Notes: generated by a model from the letters alone, not told the origin. DNA of 44,326 nucleotides from Symbiobacterium sp. (GCA_020725675.1 DYEP01000186.1:1-44326), one strand, 5' to 3'; shown: positions 18,461 through 27,593, counted from the stretch's first letter. Numbers and translations: made by a program.

Positions 18461-19276
18461 CTAAATGAAGAGCCCGGGTTCTCCCGGATATCCCGGGAAA
18501 AGTTTCTTCAGCCTGGCCATGTAAACATCTGACTTTTCGCGTTCCCCAATCAAGCGGTACGCGACAGCCAACAGGTAATATGGGGTACCTCCACCGGGGC
18601 GTGTGAGGCCCCGGGTATCCGTCTTTATCACATTGATGGCTTGACCTGGCTGTCCGGATTTGAGAAGGCACCAGGCAGCAAGGCATCGTATTTCTCCGCC
18701 AGAGCGATCCAGCATGTTCATGAGCGCTGTCGCGGCCATCTGATACTCTCCCCGGCAGGCATGGACGAAGGCGAGTATCAGCTGAAGGTCCGCATTCTCC
18801 GGTTCTTCGTCGGTCAAATGGTGGGCAAGTTCATGTGAATCTCTAAGATCTCCGGAGACCAGTCGCGCAAGTACCCGAATCCTGCCAAGACGGGCACGAG
18901 GACACATTCTGTCAGCCAGATCTAGGTGGTGTACGGCAGCCTGCCCGTTCCCTACCCTGAGTGCCGATATCCCGGCCTGAAAGTGGTACCGCGCCCGAGC
19001 TCTACGTCTCCGAGCTGACACTGCAATAAGGCACAGTATAAACAGCAAGAACTTCAACGCAAGCGGCGTTGCAAACGAAAGGCCGAGCACCCCGGCTGTG
19101 ACTAAAACACCAAGCCAGCCGTCCGTGGCCGCAGGCTTCAGTACGGGCGGGGTCTTCTCATTCTTAAGCAGAAGCCTCCATGAATAAATGTATTCAGGCA
19201 CCGGCAGCTCCACGTTCCAGCTCCGGCGGCGACGAAAGCCTTGTGCAGATTTCCTAATAGTTTCTATAGGTTTCAT
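18461..19276 (-). CDS. Membrane-anchored TPR-repeat protein
   Basis: Two hydrophobic segments, then helical repeats (GNGQAAVHHL, GEYQMAATAL, YYLLAVAYRLIGE...FPGY). Confidence 0.7.
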   Translation of the reverse strand: MKPIETIRKSAQGFRRRRSWNVELPVPEYIYSWRLLLKNEKTPPVLKPAATDGWLGVLVTAGVLGLSFATPLALKFLLFILCLIAVSARRRRARARYHFQAGISALRVGNGQAAVHHLDLADRMCPRARLGRIRVLARLVSGDLRDSHELAHHLTDEEPENADLQLILAFVHACRGEYQMAATALMNMLDRSGGEIRCLAAWCLLKSGQPGQAINVIKTDTRGLTRPGGGTPYYLLAVAYRLIGEREKSDVYMARLKKLFPGYPGEPGLFI

Positions 19277-19287
19277 TTCGCTTCCTG

Positions 19288-20265
19288 CTACTCCTCATCG
19301 ATTTCCAGTCGCTGAAACGTACTCCACCCTACAAGACCGTCAACAGTCAACCCGTTATCCCGCTGAAACGCAATGACCGCTGCTTTCAGCATGGGACCGA
19401 AAAAGCCATCCAGTTCACCTCTATAATATCCAAGCTCCTCCAGTCTTTTCTGAATGAGCAGCACATCTGAGCCACGATCTCCATCCTGCAGTACTCTCTT
19501 GGGAGCCAGGTCTCCTATGATTTTTACTGGTGTGCCCACATCGACCATCTCATATAGCCTTGCCACATGGGCATTGTGCATCCGAATGCACCCACCGCTC
19601 AGATCCCTTCCGATGCTGTAAGGTTTGTTAGTGCCGTGAATACCGTAAATACCCCAGGGGATGTCAAGTTGCATCCAGTGCGTGCCGAAGCCTCCGCCCC
19701 AGCCGGACAACTTACGCTTTATCTTCCAGTCACCCATAGGCGTTGGAGTGGAAGGCTTGCCCAGCGCTACGGGAAACCGTGCTATTTCCTCGCGACCGGA
19801 GAACACATACAAGGTATAGGTGTATGTATCGATGAGCACACGGACATCCTTTGGCGTTACACTAGCCATAACGGAAGATTCCGAAGTTGCATCTATCATC
19901 CAGGGCAACAGTGCGAAAAGAGTATCCAGATCCACAACGCCAGTGGGCGCAAGCCCTTCAATCTCCTGGAACTTGGATACTGCCGCCGCCGTCTGATGAG
20001 TAAATGCAGAAGATACAGTGCATTCCAGTCCGTAATAGCTGAGCGCGCTGGTGATTAACCGCGCCCATTCAGGGTCCGAATGTTTAACTGAGATGGGAAT
20101 GAAATCCTCGCAATCTGGAAAGTGGGGAGTGTATGAAGTGTACGTGTCGGAAACTATGACTTTCGGCTCGGGGTTCGGGACGGAAAAACTGTCTTTGGAC
20201 CTAATATCGCCGCACGACGACAGTACCAGGGTGATTAGGCACAGCAGCAGCATACGAGTTGGCAT
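19288..20265 (-). CDS. L,D-transpeptidase (YkuD) lipoprotein with peptidoglycan-binding domains
   Basis: Lipobox LSSC; YGIHGTN...SGGCIRM catalytic motif; PG_binding_1 repeats (AVSKFQ..EGL.PTG, AVIAFQRDNGL.VDG.VG). Confidence 0.92.
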   Translation of the reverse strand: MPTRMLLLCLITLVLSSCGDIRSKDSFSVPNPEPKVIVSDTYTSYTPHFPDCEDFIPISVKHSDPEWARLITSALSYYGLECTVSSAFTHQTAAAVSKFQEIEGLAPTGVVDLDTLFALLPWMIDATSESSVMASVTPKDVRVLIDTYTYTLYVFSGREEIARFPVALGKPSTPTPMGDWKIKRKLSGWGGGFGTHWMQLDIPWGIYGIHGTNKPYSIGRDLSGGCIRMHNAHVARLYEMVDVGTPVKIIGDLAPKRVLQDGDRGSDVLLIQKRLEELGYYRGELDGFFGPMLKAAVIAFQRDNGLTVDGLVGWSTFQRLEIDEE

Positions 20266-20399
20266 TTAATCGCTTCACCTCTGAACTCGTTACCCTGGAA
20301 ATACAATACTCAGTCAGAGAGAGGATAATGACGGCATCAAGGCGAACAAAACACCCGAACGAAGCCAGAACCCGCTGACGTCGGGAGGGGGTGCGGAGC

Positions 20400-21935
20400 A
20401 TGTGGCGCTGGATAGCACTACCCCTGTGCGTATTAATACTTGCTGCAGCCGTTTTTCAGGGCTGTGTAGCACCTATGGAACTGCTGGACGTGAGCCCAAG
20501 GCCAGGCCAGAGCGGCGTATCGCTGGATGCAAAGATATCGATTGCTCTGTCCCGTCCAGTTCGCTCGGGGCATTCGCTCTCGTTGTTACCTCCTGTTTCG
20601 GGTACGCTCCTTGTGGATGATACAAAAGTGGTGTTCTTACCGGAAGTCTTACTACCTGGGGTTCGGTATACAGCCACTTATTCAAACCCAAGACTCAAGG
20701 GCGGTTCTTTTTCGTGGAGCTTTGTTACGGAGGGCGTGGAAGAACCCTTTCCCTCAGCACCTGCCGTGGTGCTCACTGCAGGACCCTTTGAAAGAGTCAC
20801 GGGGCTCAGCTGGTATGACGACGAGAGGCTCGTTGCCGCATTGCGCTCGGGCTCCAAAGAGAGCATCTCACTGATATCCATAGAAGGAGACAGGACGGAC
20901 CTTCTGTCGCTCTTCCCCAATTCGTTCTTCCGGTTTTATGTGTTCCAAGACAGGATCTATTACTCCAACCAGCACACGCAGAGGACATGGTGGTTGCCTG
21001 CTGGTGAAACAGAGCCAAGGGAGATTCTCCCAGGGCTTGTATTCCATCCATCTCCCGATGGGAGCAAAGTGGTGGCATACGGCACCAGCAGAGCAGGGCA
21101 ATCCGCCGCGCGGATGTGGGATAGCCATACTGGCTCGGTGAGGGAGCTTGCCGGTGTGGCAGTGAAGGACTTTCCTTTCACAGGTCTTGGAAACTCATGG
21201 AGTCCGGATAGCGCGTTCTACCTGTGCGTATCAGCTGATGGGACCCGGGGGTTTTCCATCATTCATTCGGCAACTGGCGAGGCGATTTATACCAGTGACT
21301 CAGGCAGCAATCCGGTATGGTCAAAGCAGGGAGCGTCGCTGGCTTTCTTCAACTGGGTGGGCGAGCAGCCGACGCTCTTTGTGGTAGAACTCTACTCCGG
21401 AGACATCCTTGAAGTTCCGCTACCACAGGATCCCGTAACCCCACCGGTGTGGTCGGCTGAGGGGGAGCTAATCGCTGTAGCGGCGGGAAACAACGTATAT
21501 GTTTACAACCTTGTAGAAGGAGACTGGCGGCACCTTGCTGAGTTCCCAAAGGACGTGTTCTCAGTGCCGCAGGAATTCTCTCCTGGCGGAGACTACTTGC
21601 TCGTTACTACCTTCAGCGTGGACTTGTCAAGGCTCGGCGAGGTGCTCATAGACAAAGCCGGAGGACTGACCGATCTCGGACAGGTGGATCGGGTATTGTG
21701 GCTTGACCACTCCACGCTCGTAATCAAGCACTTCTTCGAGGAGATGGGTTCTGAAATCTGGCTTGTGGACGCGCAGTCAGGGCTGCCGCTTCACCCTTTG
21801 AGCCCTTCAGGATGGTTGACGCAGCCGGGCAGCGTGGCTATCTCCCCGACAGGTGAGTACGTCGCGTTCACTTCTGCGACCGCTAGCAGGGACAGAGAAT
21901 ACATCTTCATCGTGTCTACGGGCATTTCCAAGTAG
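20400..21935 (+). CDS. Exported protein with Ig-like (Big_5) and TolB/WD40-like beta-propeller domains
   Basis: Signal or lipobox FQGC; VSP..GVSLDAKI...YTAT...WSFVTE Ig-like domain; repeated SPDG/WSPD/FSPG/ISPTG blades. Confidence 0.75.
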   Translation: MWRWIALPLCVLILAAAVFQGCVAPMELLDVSPRPGQSGVSLDAKISIALSRPVRSGHSLSLLPPVSGTLLVDDTKVVFLPEVLLPGVRYTATYSNPRLKGGSFSWSFVTEGVEEPFPSAPAVVLTAGPFERVTGLSWYDDERLVAALRSGSKESISLISIEGDRTDLLSLFPNSFFRFYVFQDRIYYSNQHTQRTWWLPAGETEPREILPGLVFHPSPDGSKVVAYGTSRAGQSAARMWDSHTGSVRELAGVAVKDFPFTGLGNSWSPDSAFYLCVSADGTRGFSIIHSATGEAIYTSDSGSNPVWSKQGASLAFFNWVGEQPTLFVVELYSGDILEVPLPQDPVTPPVWSAEGELIAVAAGNNVYVYNLVEGDWRHLAEFPKDVFSVPQEFSPGGDYLLVTTFSVDLSRLGEVLIDKAGGLTDLGQVDRVLWLDHSTLVIKHFFEEMGSEIWLVDAQSGLPLHPLSPSGWLTQPGSVAISPTGEYVAFTSATASRDREYIFIVSTGISK

Positions 21936-22029
21936 TACCTGCCGTGATACCGGTTGATAATAATAACGAATGGAGGGATGAGGCGCGGGCTAACTGGTAC
22001 CACCGGTTCTGGATCCGGCGCCGCTGATT

Positions 22030-23550
22030 GTGAACATGCTCGTCTCTTGTGTACAGACAAAAGCGTACTCGATCTACGAAAGTGAAGAAGGACTTGAGCA
22101 TTCGTTAGAAATGTTGGACCAGGCACTTGAACACGGCCCGGAGTTAGTGGTATTGCCTGAGTGTGTGTACCCGGCCTATTACCTCCACGAGTTTCGGCCT
22201 GAGAGGCACCGTCCCTTTGAGGATGTGATCAAACTATTTGCACAAAGGGCGAAGGCACATCATGCATATATCGCAGTAGGTCTTGTGGAGGGCACCTCGG
22301 AACTGTATAACTCCGTGTTCCTGTTGGGGCCTGATGGGAATATCGAAGGTCATGCCAGGAAGGAATTACTCTGGCATTTCGACTCGAAGTGGTTTACGCC
22401 CGGCTGGGAGCACACGCCGGTCAGCATCAAGGGTACGACCGCAGGCATGTTTGTATGCGCGGATGGCAGACAGCCAGAAATTGCCAGAATCCTCCGGATC
22501 AAAGGGGCCCGCATGCTCATTGACGTGACCAACTGGGTTACCACAGGGCGCGATCTGTCAAACCTCCCAAATCCTCAGCCAGACTTCATTATGCGTGTGA
22601 GGGCCATGGAGAATGAGGCGTGGGTGCTTGCTGCCAACAAGGTTGGGCGGGAACTGGACTCAGTCTTGTACTGCGGTAAAAGCATAGTGATCAACCCTGC
22701 GGGGGAGGTCGTAGCCCAGGCGCCATCGGACCAGCCCACTATCCTATTGGCTGAAGTGGACGTTGATGCGAAAGGACTGGACACGCGTCCCCACCCCGTG
22801 CGGGATCGGCGGCCTGATCTGTACGGTGGGCTGCTGAAGAAGGGGAAAGTGGAAAACCCGCTGAGGAACGAGGTCTACGTTGCGCTCGCTCAGGTGGACC
22901 CGGGGGAAGCAGCGGTAGCTGACACTGTGAAGCGCTTCGCCGGTTATGCGCAGGAACAAGGGGCAGACCTGGTGATCTTCCCCGAACTGCCTGCAGGTAC
23001 ATACCACGCCGTAAAAGACGCACTCTCCTCAGTCTCTGTACTTACCTGCTTTACCACCATGAACGACGGAAAGAAAGTAACGTACATCTTGAGGTCCGGA
23101 CGCACGCTGCATGAGTACTGCAGGGTACACACAACGGAGGAAGAGGGTATTACCCCGGGTGATTCCATTGACGTCGCCGACCTCACACACTTTGTGGCCG
23201 GGGTGATGCAGGATGCAGAAGGCCTCATACCCGAACAGGCCCGGACCCTGTCTCTTGCAGGTATGCATTTGCTTATATGGCCGGGAGACTGCCCCGAGAA
23301 AGAAATGGTCGCAAAGGCGCGGGCCGCCGAGAACCGCATCTTCGTCGCCAGCGTGACTTCACCGTCGGGATCGGGGAGCTTTGTGATAAACCCGTACGGG
23401 GCTGTAATGGGAGGATGTCCTCCCGGTTTATCCCACATGGCCATCATTCAGGTACCGGTGGTGCTGGCTGCAAGCAAGCACCTGGCACCATATACCGATG
23501 GATTTTTGGGAAGAATACCTGCAGCCTACGGGGACATTGCCGGACGGTAA
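22030..23550 (+). CDS. Tandem carbon-nitrogen hydrolase (nitrilase superfamily), two domains
   Basis: Domain 1 has LPE, RK and VCAD triad motifs plus RAMEN. Domain 2 has IFPE and RAAEN, but its Lys and Cys positions are altered. Confidence 0.85.
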   Translation: MNMLVSCVQTKAYSIYESEEGLEHSLEMLDQALEHGPELVVLPECVYPAYYLHEFRPERHRPFEDVIKLFAQRAKAHHAYIAVGLVEGTSELYNSVFLLGPDGNIEGHARKELLWHFDSKWFTPGWEHTPVSIKGTTAGMFVCADGRQPEIARILRIKGARMLIDVTNWVTTGRDLSNLPNPQPDFIMRVRAMENEAWVLAANKVGRELDSVLYCGKSIVINPAGEVVAQAPSDQPTILLAEVDVDAKGLDTRPHPVRDRRPDLYGGLLKKGKVENPLRNEVYVALAQVDPGEAAVADTVKRFAGYAQEQGADLVIFPELPAGTYHAVKDALSSVSVLTCFTTMNDGKKVTYILRSGRTLHEYCRVHTTEEEGITPGDSIDVADLTHFVAGVMQDAEGLIPEQARTLSLAGMHLLIWPGDCPEKEMVAKARAAENRIFVASVTSPSGSGSFVINPYGAVMGGCPPGLSHMAIIQVPVVLAASKHLAPYTDGFLGRIPAAYGDIAGR

Positions 23551-23583
23551 CGCATCGTGCGTCGGCGGAGTCTGTGCCGACCA

Positions 23584-23613
23584 TTGACATACCGTTCCAA
23601 TTGGTAGTACAAT
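23584..23613 (+). promoter_or_regulatory. Sigma-A promoter of pyrB
   Basis: TTGACA(23584-23589)-N18-TACAAT(23608-23613). Confidence 0.75.
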
Positions 23614-23677
23614 CGTGTAAAGCTACCAGTGTATATACCAAGACTCAATGTATGTTACAGAGAGGAGGATGTCTGAC

Positions 23678-24610
23678 TTGAAGAATCTCCTGAAGGGGAA
23701 GGACGTATTAACCGCGCAGCAATTCTCGAAGGAAGAGATATTGCAGGTCATGGACGTGGCCGCCGATATGGAGAAGGCTGTACGCAAGGGTAAGAACTTG
23801 GACAACATGGAAGGGAAAATTCTGGCGACGCTATTTTTTGAGCCAAGCACCAGGACCAGGCTTTCATTTGAGGCAGCAATGCTGCGTGTTGGCGGGCAGG
23901 TCATCAGTGTGGCAAGCGGTGCCACATCGTCTGCAGCGAAAGGTGAGACCATCGCCGACTCTGTAAAGACTGTGGAAGGCTACGCTGATGTGATAGTGAT
24001 AAGACATCCCCAGGTGGGCTCGGCGCAAGAAGCGGCAGATGCTGCGGATATTCCCGTCATAAACGGGGGCGATGGCACTGGCCAGCACCCCACTCAGGCG
24101 CTTCTTGACGTGTATACAATTACGAAGGAAAAGGGAGGACTTGAGGGGCTCACCGTATGCTTGCTGGGTGACTTGAAGAACGGCAGGACAGTGCACTCGC
24201 TGTCGCATATGCTTGCACTTTTCGGTGCAAGGATTGTACTATGTGCGCCCGAGGTGCTGAAGATGCCCGACTACATAGTAGCAGATCTAAAACAAAGGGG
24301 CGCGGAAGTCCTGGAGATTCCGGACGCTGCTGAAGCCGCACAGCAGAGCGATGTACTGTATGTGACACGGGTGCAAAAGGAGCGCTTCGCATCCGAGGAG
24401 GATTACCTAAAGGTCAAGGGCATTTACGTCATTGACATGAACATGATACGGCAGGCGAAGAAGGGTATTACCATCATGCACCCGCTGCCCAGGGTGGATG
24501 AGATCGCGTATGAAGTGGACTCGTACGAAGGCGCCGCATACTTCAGGCAGGCCCACAACGGATTGCCCGTGCGGATGGCCCTTCTGTCTATGGTGTGTGG
24601 TAGAGTATAA
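23678..24610 (+). CDS. pyrB: Aspartate carbamoyltransferase catalytic subunit
   Basis: FFEPSTRT, KGE, HPTQ, GDLKNGRTVHSL, TRVQKER, HPLPR. Start is TTG 23678 or ATG 23669. Confidence 0.93.
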   Translation: MKNLLKGKDVLTAQQFSKEEILQVMDVAADMEKAVRKGKNLDNMEGKILATLFFEPSTRTRLSFEAAMLRVGGQVISVASGATSSAAKGETIADSVKTVEGYADVIVIRHPQVGSAQEAADAADIPVINGGDGTGQHPTQALLDVYTITKEKGGLEGLTVCLLGDLKNGRTVHSLSHMLALFGARIVLCAPEVLKMPDYIVADLKQRGAEVLEIPDAAEAAQQSDVLYVTRVQKERFASEEDYLKVKGIYVIDMNMIRQAKKGITIMHPLPRVDEIAYEVDSYEGAAYFRQAHNGLPVRMALLSMVCGRV

Positions 24611-24637
24611 CAGAGGTTTAGCCACACAGCAGAGACT

Positions 24638-24669
24638 AAGGACGGGTGTCTTTGACTCCCGTCCTTTTT
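24638..24669 (+). terminator. Rho-independent terminator after pyrB
   Basis: AAGGACGGG...CCCGTCCTTTTT. Confidence 0.85.
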
Positions 24670-24692
24670 GTATCTACGCAATGATTCATGGG

Positions 24693-24755
24693 AGGAAATC
24701 AGGCACAGGAAGAGAATCTTTTTAATAAGCGAAACGGAGTTTTATTCATCGGAAA
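24693..24755 (+). promoter_or_regulatory. Sigma-H-like promoter followed by two putative IclR boxes
   Basis: AGGA-N17-GAAT (24693-24717); then TTTTTAATAAGCGAAAC-gga-GTTTTATTCATCGGAAA. Confidence 0.5.
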
Positions 24756-24810
24756 GGAAGACAGAAGGGCTCTACGGCAGTGATCCAGCGGAAAGGGTGA
24801 TGGCATAGAT

Positions 24811-25479
24811 ATGTTGGCAAAAGTGGGCTTGATCACGATCGGACAGTCCCCTAGGGAGGACATCGTACCTCACATCACTCGCATTCTCGGACCGGAAATC
24901 GAGGTCAGGGAGGTCGGCGCTTTGGATGACGCATCTCCCGGGGCAGTTGATTACAGGTACAGCGGGGAACAAGGGCCCGTGTACGTCACCCGCTTAAGAG
25001 ATAAAAGCCAGGTGGAAGTGGCAGAATCAACACTCTTACCTTTAATTCGCCGGTGCGTTAGCGAACTCAGAAAAGACGGCATATCGACTTTTGGTCTTTT
25101 GTGTACAGGTGAGTATCCAGACCTGGCGGACATTCCTGGATTGATCAGGCCGTACCCGGTACTACACCGGCTGATAGATGCACTCTTGCCGGCGGGTAGG
25201 CTTGGGGTGGTCGTACCCAGCGTCCGGCAGGTGGAGGAGAAGAAACGCGACTGGGCGTCACCCGGTCGCGAGGTGTGCGTAGCTGTTGCCTCGCCTTACA
25301 GCGCTGAAGACGAGTTGAATGACGCGTGCGCACGTCTAAAAACTTGGGGTTCTCAGCTCGTGGTGCTCGATTGTCTTGGATTTTCGCATGAGCTGAAAAT
25401 GAAAGCACGATTCATGCTCGGTGTGCCCGTTGTGATGGCTGGGTCAGTGCTCGCGTGGACCATGAAAGAGCTTCTTTAG
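24811..25479 (+). CDS. AroM family protein
   Basis: GLITIGQSPREDI, VTRLRD, LLCTG, ASPY and LDCLGF motifs typical of AroM. Confidence 0.85.
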   Translation: MLAKVGLITIGQSPREDIVPHITRILGPEIEVREVGALDDASPGAVDYRYSGEQGPVYVTRLRDKSQVEVAESTLLPLIRRCVSELRKDGISTFGLLCTGEYPDLADIPGLIRPYPVLHRLIDALLPAGRLGVVVPSVRQVEEKKRDWASPGREVCVAVASPYSAEDELNDACARLKTWGSQLVVLDCLGFSHELKMKARFMLGVPVVMAGSVLAWTMKELL

Positions 25480-25507
25480 CAGGAGCAAAATTCTGCAGGT
25501 TCAAAAG

Positions 25508-25578
25508 AGGAATTTCAATGCACGTGCCGAATATAGTAATTATTCCAACCATAAGAACTGTGTGCCATTATCCGGAAC
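25508..25578 (+). promoter_or_regulatory. Sigma-H-like promoter overlapped by three putative IclR boxes
   Basis: AGGA-N17-GAAT (25508-25532); 17-mers at 25524, 25542 and 25562. Confidence 0.5.
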
Positions 25579-25598
25579 TGAGGTGGGCGAAAGGGCCA

Positions 25599-26372
25599 AT
25601 GCAGGGAATACAGCGGGTTGTATCTGTTCTCAAATTGCTGAGCGATTCTAGCGAAGGACTGGGCGTTACGGAAGTGGCCGACAAGCTGGATCTCCCAAAG
25701 AGCACTGCTTTTCGGATACTGCAGGCGCTTGGCGAATCGCACCTTGTGTATCAGGATGAATCGACGAAGAAATACGGGTTGGGAATGGGGATCCTGGCAC
25801 TGGGAACTAGGCTCTTGAACCGGTTGGATATCCGACCCGTGGCAGAGCCGTACCTGCACCAGCTGAAGGACCTCCTCGGCGAGACGGTATTCTTGAGCCT
25901 GTGGGAAAAGGGTCTGGTCATATGTGTCCATAAGGTCGAGACAGAGAAGAACCTGAGATATTTTGTGGAAGTCGGACGCCCCATGCCGCTTCACTGTACT
26001 GCAGCAGCAAAGGCCATTTTAGCTTATCTGTCGGAGAGCGAGCTTGCACGCGTGATAGAAGACATTAAATTCGAGAGATACAACGCCCGTACATGCACTA
26101 CGCGAGAAGCGTTTATCAAGGAGCTGTTGCTTACTAGAGAGCGAGGCTACTCTGTCTGTGACAGAGAGATGGAACATCTGGTGAAAGCCATCGGCGCGCC
26201 GGTATTCGGTTCGGATGGCAATGTGCTCGGAAGTATTACCGTGCTCGGGCCAGTAGACCGGTTTACTGACGATTTTATGGAAAGAGCCGGAGAGGCTGTG
26301 AAGGCGTGTGCCCGGAGGATTTCGGAGCACATGGGCCCGGGCTATGACAGGCTACACGGGGGAAACCCGTGA
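25599..26372 (+). CDS. IclR family transcriptional regulator
   Basis: HTH GVTEVADKLDLPKSTAFRIL, GETV, PLHCTAAAKA, RERGYS, AIGAPV. Confidence 0.93.
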   Translation: MQGIQRVVSVLKLLSDSSEGLGVTEVADKLDLPKSTAFRILQALGESHLVYQDESTKKYGLGMGILALGTRLLNRLDIRPVAEPYLHQLKDLLGETVFLSLWEKGLVICVHKVETEKNLRYFVEVGRPMPLHCTAAAKAILAYLSESELARVIEDIKFERYNARTCTTREAFIKELLLTRERGYSVCDREMEHLVKAIGAPVFGSDGNVLGSITVLGPVDRFTDDFMERAGEAVKACARRISEHMGPGYDRLHGGNP

Positions 26373-26415
26373 CATAGCGACTTGAGGCAACAACACCATG
26401 CGGAGGTGGGAAGAA

Positions 26416-27567
26416 ATGGGTAAGGTAGGCAAATTAGTGGCGGCAGCTCTGGTGCTGGTTTTTATTGCATCGTTTGCTGCAGGGTGTTCTTCGCCCAAGA
26501 AAGACCCGATTAAGATCGGGATTGTAGCTCCGCTTTCCGGAGGCGCGGCTATGGTGGGTGACACCCAGGTCAAAGGAGTAGCCCTGGCGATCAAACAGAT
26601 CAACGCCGCAGGGGGCATTCACGGCAGGGAAGTCATATACATCGCGGAGGACGATGAGCAGATTCCTGCCAAGTCAGTAAGCGCAGTAAACAAGCTGGTC
26701 TACAACGATAAGGTGGATGCGGTCATCGGTACGGTGAACAGCTCGGCTACGCTGGCCAACATGGAAGTCACCCGCAAGGCGGGAGTTCCTCAGATTACAC
26801 CAATATCTTCAAACCCGAAGATCACGAAATTAGGGAACGAATGGATTTTCCGACTTCAGGCCTCTGATGAACATCAGGCCAGGGCCATTGTGGACTATGC
26901 GGTCAACGAGCTCAAGATTAAGAAACCCGCGGTAATCTACCAGTCTGACGACTATGGTACAGGCGGCAAGGACGTTATCGTTGACCGGCTGAAGGAGCTG
27001 AACGTAAATCCGGTGGCAGTCGAAGCGTTTGCGCCTGATGCCCAGGACATGACGGGTCAGCTTCTCAAGATCAAGAACGCAGGAGCAGATGGTCTGTTCA
27101 TGTGGACCATGTATGCTCAGGCCGCGCTCATTGCAAGGCAGGCTCGGCAGATAGGGCTAGATGTGCAACTTATGGGAGGAGGCGGGTTGACCAACCCGAA
27201 ACTGGTTGAGCTGGCAGGCGATGCAGCTTATGGCCTCTTGAACACGCAGACGTTCTTCCCGGACAAGGAAGGCGCATCGCCTGAGGCGGCTGCGTTCATC
27301 GATGCATACGAGAAAGAATATGGTATGCTCCCTGACTCAAACGCCGCAATGAGTTACGACTCTATGATGATATTGGCTAAGGCAATGGAAGCTGCAGGTC
27401 CGAGTTTGGACAAAAAGAAGGTACGTGACGCCATCGCCGCGACCCGGGACTACAGAGGAGTCACTGGCGTAATCACCATCGATGAGTACGGCGACGCCAA
27501 CAGAGACATCCTCATCATCAGGGTCAAGGTGGGCGGTGGGTACGAAGTTGTCTGGCCCAAGAGGTAA
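26416..27567 (+). CDS. ABC transporter substrate-binding lipoprotein (LivJ/K, HAAT family)
   Basis: Lipobox AAGC; IKIGIVAPLSG, INAAGGI.GR, DYG, YD, GVTG. Confidence 0.92.
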   Translation: MGKVGKLVAAALVLVFIASFAAGCSSPKKDPIKIGIVAPLSGGAAMVGDTQVKGVALAIKQINAAGGIHGREVIYIAEDDEQIPAKSVSAVNKLVYNDKVDAVIGTVNSSATLANMEVTRKAGVPQITPISSNPKITKLGNEWIFRLQASDEHQARAIVDYAVNELKIKKPAVIYQSDDYGTGGKDVIVDRLKELNVNPVAVEAFAPDAQDMTGQLLKIKNAGADGLFMWTMYAQAALIARQARQIGLDVQLMGGGGLTNPKLVELAGDAAYGLLNTQTFFPDKEGASPEAAAFIDAYEKEYGMLPDSNAAMSYDSMMILAKAMEAAGPSLDKKKVRDAIAATRDYRGVTGVITIDEYGDANRDILIIRVKVGGGYEVVWPKR

Positions 27568-27593
27568 GAGGCAATAAGTATAAGACCCATCTC

